Source of the DNA: Candidatus Polarisedimenticolaceae bacterium
GTDB lineage: Bacteria; Acidobacteriota; Polarisedimenticolia; Polarisedimenticolales; DASRJG01
Assembly (NCBI GenBank): GCA_035649595.1
Contig: DASRJG010000073.1
Location: 1-56,614, forward strand
Length of the DNA: 56,614 nucleotides
Direction: 5' to 3'
Both the position numbers and the translations under genes were made by a program. The notes beneath the pieces are model-generated. The model was not told the origin of the DNA, ran no database searches, and saw only the letters and a list, made by a program, of their open reading frames with translations. Positions within the stretch are counted from its first letter, which is position 1; every line of letters starts with the position of its first letter. This document shows, in pieces, positions 1 through 7,576 of the stretch.

Positions 1-1187
1 ACCGTCAACACGAGGTCGCCGATCTGACCTCGCACACGCCCCCAGGTCGCGCCGTCCGTGGCCAGCCGGGCGTGCAGGTCCGCGTAGCGACCGCGCGCGC
101 GATCGACGTGCTGGAGGTCCACCTCCGTGCGGATCAGTCCCGCCGCCACCGAGGCGACGAACGGGGACGCGGGGGCCTCGGAGATCGACTGGTCGAGCCA
201 CCCGAGGATCTGCTCTCCGTCCGCCGCGGCGAGGCGCCCCTGCGCGTCGCGGCTCGCGTTGCGGGCAAGCGCGCGGCAGTACCGCGCCGCCGGGCGGAGG
301 GGTGTCTCCGGGGAGCGCTCGAGAAGCGTTCCCGCCGCCTTGTCGATCCGCGAGGCGACCTCGGCGGGGAGGACCTCCCAGCGCGACTCGACGCCCCCCG
401 TGTAGAGGGTCAGAAGGCTCGCGATCGCGGGCTCGAGATCCGGGGCGTCCGGACGCGCGGCGACGTAGGCCTCCAGCCGCGCCGCGGTCGCGCGCTTTAT
501 CGTCCGCTTCCACAGTCGCGTCAGTCTCGGCCCGAGCGCGGGCGCCATCCGATCGACCTTGGCGTCGAGAGCTTCGCGGTCGCTCAAGACCGAGCGCAGA
601 TCCGGCGGAGTCTCCTTGACCTTGAACGATCCCCATCCGGCGTGCTTGCTCTCCTCTTCCACGAGATCCGGGAGGTAGGTCTCGAGTGCGTAGAAGTTCA
701 TGGTGCTTCGCATCTTGCCCCAGCCTTCGGCTCTCTGGATCCGGCCCAGGTCGTAGAACCCGCGCACCATCGCCGCGCGGAGGTTCTCGAGCGCCTCCTT
801 CGGCGCGCCGCGTCCGGCCGCGACGAAGGCGAGGGAAACGTAAGGCTCGTAGTTTCCAGGGAAGATCGCGATCTGAGCCCGGTACGCCGCTTCGGCGCCG
901 CCGGGATCTCCCGCGCGCGTCATCCGGCGTCCCTGCTCTCCCAGGGCCATGAACCGATCGACCTCGGCGGTGCTCAGATTCGGGAGGAACCCCGGCACGG
1001 GGAGCTGGGCCAGATACTCGCTGATCAGCCGCGCCCGGGCGTCTTGCTGCGGCTTTGCGTCGAAACGGCTTCCCGCGCGGCTTCCCGAGCCGCACCCGAG
1101 GGGGCTTCAGCCGCCCGCAGGAAGATCGACCGTGGATGCTGCGAGCACGACCGCGACCACCGACAGGATTCGAGCCGTTCTGCACAT
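1..1187 (-). CDS. hypothetical exported protein; its C-terminus lies beyond the window edge. One in-frame TGA (1107-1109) separates the signal-peptide-like N-terminus from the rest of the frame
   Basis: Hand translation of the minus strand. GGAGG lies 5 nt upstream of the ATG at 1187 (MCRTARILSVVAVVLAASTVDLPAGG-TGA). The same frame then stays open from 1106 to the window edge and reads protein-like (..ISEYLAQLPVPGFLPNLSTAEVDRFMALGEQ..FYDLGRIQRAEGWGKM..). It is absent from the ORF track because it has no stop inside the window. No family recognised. Confidence 0.45.
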
Positions 1188-1268
1188 GGCTGCCTCCTCG
1201 TTGAGCTTCCGCCGAGATTACTCCCTGTTGCGTTCCGTGTACAGTGAGCGGCCGCTCGAGGGAGGCCC

Positions 1269-1955
1269 ATGACCGAAACGCGTCGCGTCTATCGCTACTA
1301 CGAGTTCGTGCTGGCGGCCTTCGTGACGGTGCTGCTCTGCGCGAACATCATCGGCCCGGGAAAGGTGGCGCGCGTCGGGCCGCTGACCTTCGGCGCGGGC
1401 GTGCTCTTCTTCCCGATCTCCTACATCTTCGGCGACGTGCTGACCGAGGTGTACGGGTACGCCCGGGCGCGCCGCGTCGTCTGGTCCGGCTTCGCCGCGC
1501 TCGCCTTCGCGTCGTTCATGGCCTCGGTCGTCGTGGCGTTCCCGCCCGCGCCGGGGTGGAACCATCAAGCCGCCTACGAGACCGTGTTCGGCTCGACCTG
1601 GCGGATCGTGCTCGCGTCGCTGACCGCGTTCTGGGCCGGGGAGCTCTGCAACTCGTACGTGCTCGCGAAGATGAAGGTCTGGACCGAGGGTCGAAGCCTG
1701 TACCTGCGCACGATCGGATCGACGATCGTCGGCGAGGGGGTGGATTCGTTGATCTTCTACCCGCTGGCCTTCCTCGGGGTCTGGACCAACGATCAGGTTC
1801 TTCGGGTGATGATCACGAACTACGCGATCAAGGTCGGCTGGGAGACACTCGCGACGCCCGTCACCTACCGGATCGTCGGCTGGCTCAAGCGCGCCGAGCA
1901 CGAGGACTACTACGATCGCAACACCGACTTCAACCCGTTCACGCTGAGGGTCTGA
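1269..1955 (+). CDS. yhhQ: queuosine-precursor transporter, YhhQ/DUF165 (Vut) family
   Basis: 228-aa multi-pass membrane ORF with family-typical stretches (FFPISYIFGDVLTEVYGY, RTIGSTIVGEGVDSLIFYP). GGGAGG lies just upstream of the ATG. Confidence 0.85.
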   Translation: MTETRRVYRYYEFVLAAFVTVLLCANIIGPGKVARVGPLTFGAGVLFFPISYIFGDVLTEVYGYARARRVVWSGFAALAFASFMASVVVAFPPAPGWNHQAAYETVFGSTWRIVLASLTAFWAGELCNSYVLAKMKVWTEGRSLYLRTIGSTIVGEGVDSLIFYPLAFLGVWTNDQVLRVMITNYAIKVGWETLATPVTYRIVGWLKRAEHEDYYDRNTDFNPFTLRV

Positions 1956-2886
1956 TCCCCGCGTGCCCGGCCAGGGCGGCGACGAGCGCGCCGCGGACGT
2001 TCGTCCCGCCCAGGTGATCGAACCCGAGGAACATCGGGGAAGGGTTCAGCTCCAGGATCTTGAGGACGCCGTTCGACGCCTCCTTGAGGTCCATCCCCGT
2101 GAACCGGAGGCCGGTCGCCAAGGCCGCGCGGAGGCAGATGTCCTCGACGGCGGGGGCGAGCGCGATGCTCTCCACCTTCTCCTCGTTCTGGCGGTAGTCG
2201 AGCGCCTGGCTGTGGATGTGGAACGCGGCGACGACCCGGCCGTCGAGCACGAACACGCGCAGGTCGCGCCCCGGGAGCAGCTCCTGGAAGGTGACCGGCG
2301 CATTGGCGAGCCGGGCGAGCTTCGTCTCGTCGAGATCGGCCGCGGAGAGCTCGCGGGTCGCGGCCCCGCCCGCCACCGGCTTGTAGGCGATGCGGCGGCC
2401 CTCGGCGAAGCGGCGGACCGCTTCGGGGTCGTTCGTCCAGAGGGTCTCCGGGACCGGCAAGCCGCGCTGCGCGAGCTCGGCCATCTGGAACGGCTTGCGC
2501 ACCGCGTCGGAGGCCGACAACGCGTTGTAGATCGGGATTCCCATCGCCTCCCAGCGCCGCATCACCCCGACGAGCACCTCTGCCTTCTCGCGCAGGATGA
2601 CGAGCGTGGTGCGCCAGTCCTCGCTCATCTCGCGCGTCATGTCCACGCCGAACGCGAGGGGAGAGAGGTACAGGCTGCGAAGGTAGACGGCGGACGGGTG
2701 GCCGACGTCCTTCCCGTCCAGCAGGATCGCGTCGGGCTCCGCCCCGAGCGCCAGGCGAGGCGACGCCGGGAACGCCAGGCTGTCGAGGATCACCGGGGCG
2801 GCCCCGACTTCGTCGAGCGACTCGCGCAGCGCCGCGACGTGATCGTCGGATACGGATCCGACGAGAACGATCGGCCCCCGGCTCAC
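1939..2886 (-). CDS. ATP-grasp ligase, MdnC/MvdD-like (putative RiPP macrocyclase)
   Basis: This is the C-terminal 315 aa of track ORF 1939..4467. The GTG start at 2886 overlaps the TGA of the upstream gene (GTGA). The N-terminus IVLVGSVSDDHVAALRESLDEVGAAPVILDSLAFP, and ..RVFVLDGRVVAAFHIHSQALDYRQNEE..GMDLKEASNGVLKILELNPSPMF, resemble microviridin-type ATP-grasp enzymes by eye. Confidence 0.8.
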   Translation of the reverse strand: MSRGPIVLVGSVSDDHVAALRESLDEVGAAPVILDSLAFPASPRLALGAEPDAILLDGKDVGHPSAVYLRSLYLSPLAFGVDMTREMSEDWRTTLVILREKAEVLVGVMRRWEAMGIPIYNALSASDAVRKPFQMAELAQRGLPVPETLWTNDPEAVRRFAEGRRIAYKPVAGGAATRELSAADLDETKLARLANAPVTFQELLPGRDLRVFVLDGRVVAAFHIHSQALDYRQNEEKVESIALAPAVEDICLRAALATGLRFTGMDLKEASNGVLKILELNPSPMFLGFDHLGGTNVRGALVAALAGHAGIRPSA

Positions 2887-4637
2887 CGCAGCACCGCGGC
2901 GACGATCGCGGGGTGCTGCCCGATCATCACGTCCAGATCGTCCAGCGTGGATTCCCAGACCCGCCCGTTGAGCAGCAGGGTCGGCGTTCCGGTCCGGAGC
3001 GCATCGGCGAGCGCGGCGGCTCGCTCCACCGCCTCCGCGGCGGCGGGCAGGACGGCCGCAGGATCCACGGACGGCGGCATGAACGCGGCGACCAGCCGGT
3101 CCGCCCCACCCCGCGCGATCTCCAGGTACTTGCGCGGCTCGCCCTTGATCGTGCGGAAGACGTGGATCGTCTGCTCCCCCCCGGCGAGCAGCCCGATCGC
3201 CGAGACCCCGGCGCACATCGCGAGGTCCCCGGGATCCTTGGGATCGCGCGGCGCGAGATGGAAGGCGACCTGCACGGTGTCGGCGCGGCGCGAGGTCATG
3301 CCGACGAGCCCCTCGACGACGGGACCGCAGCCGCTGCAGAACGGGTGCACGAGCGCGTCGATGCGGAACGGAGCGTCGGACCGGCCGAGGCGGAACGCGG
3401 ACGCCGGTGGGCTCGAGAAGGCGCGGGTGCGCCCGGCCGCCTCCGCGAGCGCGCCCCACGGCGTCGCGGCGACCCAGGCGAGCCTGCTCCGGCTCGCGCG
3501 AGATTCGATGCCCAGCTCGAGGAGCGGCACCACCAGCCCCGCGACCGCCAGGAAGGCGGTGACGTGGATGGCGCCGACGAGCACGAGCATCGGCGGCGTG
3601 AGCGCCTCCCAGGCGCGGGCGCCGGTCACCACGATCATCGCGGCGCCCGCGAGCACCCCGGCGTGGACCGTCATGCAGAGCGGGCAGAACCTCTTGAGCG
3701 GCCAGACCTGCAATCCGATGAAGAACAGGGAGGCCGGCGCGGCGAGCAGGTGCGCCGCCGCGATCCAGCCGAAGCCGAAGACCAGCAGCGGTGGAGGCGC
3801 GATGGCGAGGACCCCGGCGAGGATCACGTTGGACGCGGCGAAGGCGAGACCGAGAACGGGGAGATCGAACCCGCCGATGCGCGCCCACTTCGACCCGAGG
3901 ACGCCTTCGCAGTCGCCGAGCCCTCCGCGGCCGCAGATGCGCTGCGCCAGCCGGGGCGTCGCCGAGGCGACCCTCGTGCGGCGGCTGGCGTGGAACAGGA
4001 CGATGCAGGTGGCGGCGACGAGCAGGTCGAGGCCGATCAGAGCCGCGGCGGCCGCGGCGAGCGGCGGCCGCGCGGAGAGCCGCGCCGCCGCCCCGAGACC
4101 CAAGAGGACGATGCCGAGCGTACCGATCGCCCGGGCGGCAAGGAGCGCCGCCGCTTGGCGGTCGACGCGCGCGAGCGTCCACCAGCGGGCCAGGGGTCCG
4201 GGGTCCCTCGGCGGAGCGACCGGTCGCTCGGGGCTCTCGAACGTGACGATCACGCCGGTCCAGGCGGATGCGAACGAGCCGGCGTCCAGCCGCGTGACCT
4301 CGTGGGTGATCGGGTCCTCGAGCTCGTAGGCGTCGCGCGCGGCCCCGACGAGAACACCGAACGACTCCTCGCCGTCGAGAGGGGACCGCAAATGCACGAT
4401 CGCGGGGAGCACCGCGTCGCCGAGGTTCGCAAGCTCGCCTTGGAAGGCGCGCGCGGTGTATCCCCAATCGCGCGCGACGTGGACGAGCGCGAGCAGCGAC
4501 GAGGGATCGTCGTGCAGCGAGAACCGGGCGGCGACGAGCGTCGGCTCGACGCGGTTCCCGAGCCGCCCGAACACCGACGCGAGCACCTCGGCCGGTCCCG
4601 CGCCCCGATACGTCTCGACTCCCATCGTGTCGGTCAT
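2883..4637 (-). CDS. three-domain membrane protein: Cys-less peptidase-C39-like domain, vitamin K epoxide reductase (VKOR) domain and thioredoxin/DsbA-like domain
   Basis: 584-aa ORF. The N-terminal ~140 aa align by eye to the C39 domain of the neighbouring ABC exporter, but GADC is replaced by GAGP and the domain contains no Cys. The VKOR loop pair is C-x7-C (ICGRGGLGDCEG), with SKWA and the CxxC in FCPLCM. The C-terminal thioredoxin-like CxxC is FCSGCGP. Confidence 0.85.
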   Translation of the reverse strand: MTDTMGVETYRGAGPAEVLASVFGRLGNRVEPTLVAARFSLHDDPSSLLALVHVARDWGYTARAFQGELANLGDAVLPAIVHLRSPLDGEESFGVLVGAARDAYELEDPITHEVTRLDAGSFASAWTGVIVTFESPERPVAPPRDPGPLARWWTLARVDRQAAALLAARAIGTLGIVLLGLGAAARLSARPPLAAAAAALIGLDLLVAATCIVLFHASRRTRVASATPRLAQRICGRGGLGDCEGVLGSKWARIGGFDLPVLGLAFAASNVILAGVLAIAPPPLLVFGFGWIAAAHLLAAPASLFFIGLQVWPLKRFCPLCMTVHAGVLAGAAMIVVTGARAWEALTPPMLVLVGAIHVTAFLAVAGLVVPLLELGIESRASRSRLAWVAATPWGALAEAAGRTRAFSSPPASAFRLGRSDAPFRIDALVHPFCSGCGPVVEGLVGMTSRRADTVQVAFHLAPRDPKDPGDLAMCAGVSAIGLLAGGEQTIHVFRTIKGEPRKYLEIARGGADRLVAAFMPPSVDPAAVLPAAAEAVERAAALADALRTGTPTLLLNGRVWESTLDDLDVMIGQHPAIVAAVLR

Positions 4638-4641
4638 CCTG

Positions 4642-4685
4642 GAGAAAAAAGAAACGGCCGGCCCCTGGTCAGAGAAGGCCGGCCG
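4642..4685 (-). terminator. intrinsic terminator after the fourth precursor gene, ending 5 nt before the oxidase start codon
   Basis: Minus strand reads GGCCGGCC-13 nt loop-GGCCGGCC followed by GTTTCTTTTTTC. Confidence 0.65.
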
Positions 4686-4703
4686 TCAGGTGTGCTCCGG
4701 AGA

Positions 4704-4847
4704 TCAGTTGCAGCCGGAACAGCCGTTGGCTTCCTCGCCGCAGGCGAGGGTCGTCGGAAGACAGCACGGACAGGGGAACGGAGGCGGTGGCGGCTTCTTG
4801 CCTCCCCCGTTGACGTGCTTCAGATCCTCGATGAACAACTCACGCAT
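4704..4847 (-). CDS. RiPP precursor peptide A4 (47 aa): MRELFIEDLKHVNGG|GKKPPPPPFPCPCCLPTTLACGEEANGCSGCN
   Basis: Hand-verified translation. GGGAGA RBS upstream of the ATG at 4847. The track ORF 4704..4940 over-extends the N-terminus. Double-glycine leader; core with 6 Cys and TT-x4-EE. Confidence 0.85.
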   Translation of the reverse strand: MRELFIEDLKHVNGGGKKPPPPPFPCPCCLPTTLACGEEANGCSGCN

Positions 4848-4870
4848 CGTCAGTCTCCCAGCCGACGACA

Positions 4871-5005
4871 TCAGCTCGTCGCGCAGCAGCTGTCGCAGGG
4901 GCCTTCCTCGCAGCAAGCGAGGGTGGTGATACCGCAGCACTTACACGGGTGCGGAGGCTTGCCACCCTGCACGTTCTTCAGATCCTCGATGAATAGCTCA
5001 CGCAT
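4871..5005 (-). CDS. RiPP precursor peptide A3 (44 aa): MRELFIEDLKNVQGG|KPPHPCKCCGITTLACCEEGPCDSCCATS
   Basis: Not in the ORF track (too short). Hand translation: ATG 5005, TGA 4871-4873, GGGAGAA RBS upstream. The leader is near-identical to the paralogs. Core has 8 Cys and TT-x4-EE. Confidence 0.85.
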   Translation of the reverse strand: MRELFIEDLKNVQGGKPPHPCKCCGITTLACCEEGPCDSCCATS

Positions 5006-5029
5006 GGTCGGTTCTCCCAGCCGAAGAGA

Positions 5030-5173
5030 TCAGCTCGTGGGCGGGCAGCAGGTGTCGCAGCCGATGGATGATTCCTCGCAGCAGGCCATGGTCGTAGGAT
5101 TGCAGCACCTGCACGGCCTGGGGCCCCATCCGCCTTGGATCTTCTTGAGATCCTCGATGAACAGCTCCTTCAT
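5030..5173 (-). CDS. RiPP precursor peptide A2 (47 aa): MKELFIEDLKKIQGG|WGPRPCRCCNPTTMACCEESSIGCDTCCPPTS
   Basis: Not in the ORF track. Hand translation: ATG 5173, TGA 5030-5032, GGAGG RBS (5182-5186 on the plus strand). Core has 8 Cys and TT-x4-EE. Confidence 0.85.
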   Translation of the reverse strand: MKELFIEDLKKIQGGWGPRPCRCCNPTTMACCEESSIGCDTCCPPTS

Positions 5174-5191
5174 ACCCGAACCCTCCTAGAA

Positions 5192-5223
5192 ATGAAAAAA
5201 GCGCGGTATGAGGTTCCGCGCTT
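5192..5223 (-). terminator. intrinsic terminator immediately after the first precursor gene (A1)
   Basis: Minus strand reads AAGCGCGG-9 nt loop-CCGCGCTT followed by TTTTTTC. The stem starts at the A1 stop codon. Confidence 0.7.
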
Positions 5224-5363
5224 CAGATGCAGCAGTTGCCGGAGCAACCGTTGGCTTCCTCGCAACACGCGAGGGTGGTGGGGCGACAACACTTGCAGCC
5301 GATCACCTCGTTCTGCTTTCCGCCTTGAACCTTCTTGAGATCCTCGATGAACAGCTCTTTCAT
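5223..5363 (-). CDS. RiPP precursor peptide A1 (46 aa): MKELFIEDLKKVQGG|KQNEVIGCKCCRPTTLACCEEANGCSGNCCI
   Basis: This is the C-terminal part of track ORF 5223..5591. The real ATG is at 5363, preceded by GGAGAGGAG. Core has 8 Cys and TT-x4-EE. Confidence 0.85.
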   Translation of the reverse strand: MKELFIEDLKKVQGGKQNEVIGCKCCRPTTLACCEEANGCSGNCCI

Positions 5364-5403
5364 ACGCAATGCTCCTCTCCGCCGGGAGAAAACCGGCGTT
5401 CGG

Positions 5404-5432
5404 ACTCTACGCACGTGTCGCCCCCCGGTCAA
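5404..5432 (-). promoter_or_regulatory. sigma-70-type promoter for the precursor genes (TTGACC-17 nt-TAGAGT)
   Basis: The -35 (5427-5432) overlaps the ABC exporter stop codon; the -10 is at 5404-5409. The same TTGAC-17-TAGAnT architecture occurs upstream of rpmH and rpsU in this window. Confidence 0.6.
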
Positions 5433-7576
5433 GTCCTTTCCTGGGCCCGAACCAGCTCGGCATAAAGACCCTTTCGGGACAGGAGCGCGGCGTGGTCTCC
5501 CGTTTCCGCGATGGCGCCCCTCTCGAGGACGACGATCCGATCGGCGTCGATGACCGTGCTCAGGCGGTGGGCGATTACGATTCGGGTGCAACGAAGTTGT
5601 GCCAAGTTGTTCGCAATCGTTCGTTCCGTGACGTTGTCGAGGTCGCTGGTCGCCTCGTCCAGGAGGAGAATCGCCGGCCTTCGAAGGAGCGCCCGGGCGA
5701 GGGCGAGCCTCTGCCGCTGGCCCCCCGAGAGGGTCGCCCCCCCGTCGGCCAGAAGGGTGTCGTACCCCATCGGCAGGGCCTCGATGTCGTCATGGATCGC
5801 CGCGATCCGCGCGGCGGCGATGACGGCGTCCAGGTCCGTGTCCGGGTCGGCGAGCGCGATGTTCGCTCGGACCGTGGCTCCGAAGATCCGGGCATCCTGC
5901 GTGACCACACCGATCTGCGCTCGGACGGAGCGGAGCTCCAGCCCTTGGAGGTCGAGATCGTCGTACAGGATCCGCCCGGACTCGGGCGCGTAGAGTCCGA
6001 CGAGCAGACGGGCGAGCGTCGACTTGCCGGCGCCGGACCTCCCGACGATCGCCAGCTTCTCCCCCGGCACGACGTGGAGGGTGACGCCGTCGACCGCGGG
6101 GGGGTCGTTGCGGGAGTACCGGTAGGTGACCTGCTCGAGCGCGATCGCCCCCGAGAGCTTCGGCGCCGGCCGGACGGCGCGGGCGTCCTGCTCGCGAGCC
6201 GCCTGGAGCACGTCCTCGATGCGCGCCACGTGGCTTCGCGTCTCCTGGAGCTGGAGCGCGGTCGCGAGGAGGCTCGAGAGCGGCATCAGGAACCCCGCGG
6301 CGAGGGCATTGAGGGTCAGCATCGTCCCGAGCGAGATCTGGTCCCGGAGCACGAGCACGGTGCCGCCGAGGAGGATCGCGAGCGGGGAGCCGATCGACAG
6401 CGCGGCCGTCAGCGCCCCGGCCAGTGAGCCCACCTGCCCGCGCCGGAGGGCGACGTTCATCTCGTCGATGAACAGGTGCGACCACCGCTCGGTGGAGCGG
6501 CGCTCCGCGCCGAGCGCCTTCAGCGACTCGAAGCCCGCGAGCATGTCGACGATGTGCGACTGCGTCCGCGACGAGGCCTCCAGCTCCTGCGCGGCCAGGT
6601 CGCGCATCGGTCCGCGAAACGCCGCGAAGACGGCGATCTGCGCGAGGCCGAGGACGATCACGAGCGCGCCGAGCCGCCAGCTCGCGGCGACGAGGAGCAC
6701 CAGATACGAGATGACCAGCGCCCCGTCGAGCAGCGTCGAGAGCGAGACGGACGTCAGCGCGGTCCGGAGCGCCCGGTTGCTCTCGTAGCGCGAGAGCAGA
6801 TCCCCCGCCGGGCGGCTCGTGAAGAAGGTGTAGGGAAGGTCCGCCAGCCTCTCCATGAAGCCGAACGTCAGATCGACGTCGAGAACCGTGCGGAGGTGGA
6901 TCAGGAGCACGCCGCGCAGGAGCGTGGCGACGAGCTGGAACACGACCAGCCCCGCCGCGCCGACGGCGAGCAATCCGACGAGCCCCGCGTCCCGCCAGGG
7001 GATCACCCGGTCGACCACCGCTCCCAGGATCAGGGGGAACGCCAGCGCCAGCGCCTGCAGGATGATCGAGAGGGCGATGACCCGGGCGACGATGCCGCGG
7101 TGCCGGAGCACGCGCCCGAGATACGCCGCGACGTACCGGCGACGGATCCGGCGCGCCTGGAACCCTTCTCCGGGCTCGAGGATCAGCGCGACCCCCGTGA
7201 ACCGCTCCCGGAAGCTCTGCATCGGCACCATCCGCGGCCCGGCGGCGGGATCGACCACGCGCACGCCCGATCCGGCCAGCCGGTCGAAGACCACGAAGTG
7301 CTCGAACCCCCAGTGGAGGATCGCGCCACGCGGGAGGAACTTCAGGTCGCCGACGTCGAGCTGAACCCCTCGGCCGCGGACCCCGAAGCGCTGGGCGCCC
7401 ACGACGATGTCGTACGCGCTCGCCCCCCCGCGTCCCGCGCCCACCGCCTCCCGCGCCTCGTCGAGCGTGATGTCGCGCCCGAGGTACCCCAAGACCATCG
7501 TCAGGCAGGCGGCCGCGCAGTCGGCGCCCTCCATCTGCGGGACGAACGGGATCGCGCGCCGCGGCCTAGTCGCCAC
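5429..7576 (-). CDS. bacteriocin/RiPP ABC exporter with N-terminal peptidase C39 domain (double-glycine leader cleavage and export)
   Basis: 715-aa ORF with a GTG start. The C39 catalytic region is QMEGADCAAACL with later HWGFEHF and VVDP. Six-TM ABC membrane domain. Walker A GRSGAGKST, signature LSGGQRQR, Walker B ILLLDEATS. Confidence 0.93.
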   Translation of the reverse strand: MATRPRRAIPFVPQMEGADCAAACLTMVLGYLGRDITLDEAREAVGAGRGGASAYDIVVGAQRFGVRGRGVQLDVGDLKFLPRGAILHWGFEHFVVFDRLAGSGVRVVDPAAGPRMVPMQSFRERFTGVALILEPGEGFQARRIRRRYVAAYLGRVLRHRGIVARVIALSIILQALALAFPLILGAVVDRVIPWRDAGLVGLLAVGAAGLVVFQLVATLLRGVLLIHLRTVLDVDLTFGFMERLADLPYTFFTSRPAGDLLSRYESNRALRTALTSVSLSTLLDGALVISYLVLLVAASWRLGALVIVLGLAQIAVFAAFRGPMRDLAAQELEASSRTQSHIVDMLAGFESLKALGAERRSTERWSHLFIDEMNVALRRGQVGSLAGALTAALSIGSPLAILLGGTVLVLRDQISLGTMLTLNALAAGFLMPLSSLLATALQLQETRSHVARIEDVLQAAREQDARAVRPAPKLSGAIALEQVTYRYSRNDPPAVDGVTLHVVPGEKLAIVGRSGAGKSTLARLLVGLYAPESGRILYDDLDLQGLELRSVRAQIGVVTQDARIFGATVRANIALADPDTDLDAVIAAARIAAIHDDIEALPMGYDTLLADGGATLSGGQRQRLALARALLRRPAILLLDEATSDLDNVTERTIANNLAQLRCTRIVIAHRLSTVIDADRIVVLERGAIAETGDHAALLSRKGLYAELVRAQERT

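Noticed and set aside
1107-1109. Selenocysteine reading of the in-frame TGA.
   Set aside because: Only a weak 5-bp hairpin lies downstream, there is no recognisable SECIS-like apical loop, and no sel genes are in the window. It is kept as a low-priority alternative in the findings.
72-1247. 391-aa plus-strand ORF, and the nested plus-strand ORFs, at the left edge.
   Set aside because: Low-complexity R/A/G-rich translation. The minus-strand frame has an RBS, a signal peptide and protein-like composition, so it is the preferred coding strand.
1188-1268. preQ1 riboswitch upstream of yhhQ, a common regulator of queuosine-precursor transporters.
   Set aside because: There is no small hairpin followed by the A-rich tail or conserved CCC..UAAAAAACUA-type elements. 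Only a GAGCGGCCGCTC palindrome next to the RBS is present.
1963-5189. Plus-strand ORFs 1963..4329 (788 aa) and 2913..5189 (758 aa), plus the small plus-strand ORFs 5135..5338, 5208..5465 and 5335..5553 across the RiPP region.
   Set aside because: They are antisense to the ATP-grasp, VKOR-fusion and precursor genes, have shadow-frame composition and lack RBSs.
4820-5365. A roughly 30-nt sequence (gatcctcgatgaa[ct]a[ag]ctc..cat) recurring four times at about 140-190 bp intervals, considered as a CRISPR-like or direct-repeat array.
   Set aside because: The repeats are the conserved leader-coding 5' ends of four paralogous peptide genes. The 'spacers' are coding cores, each with its own RBS and stop. 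No cas genes are present.
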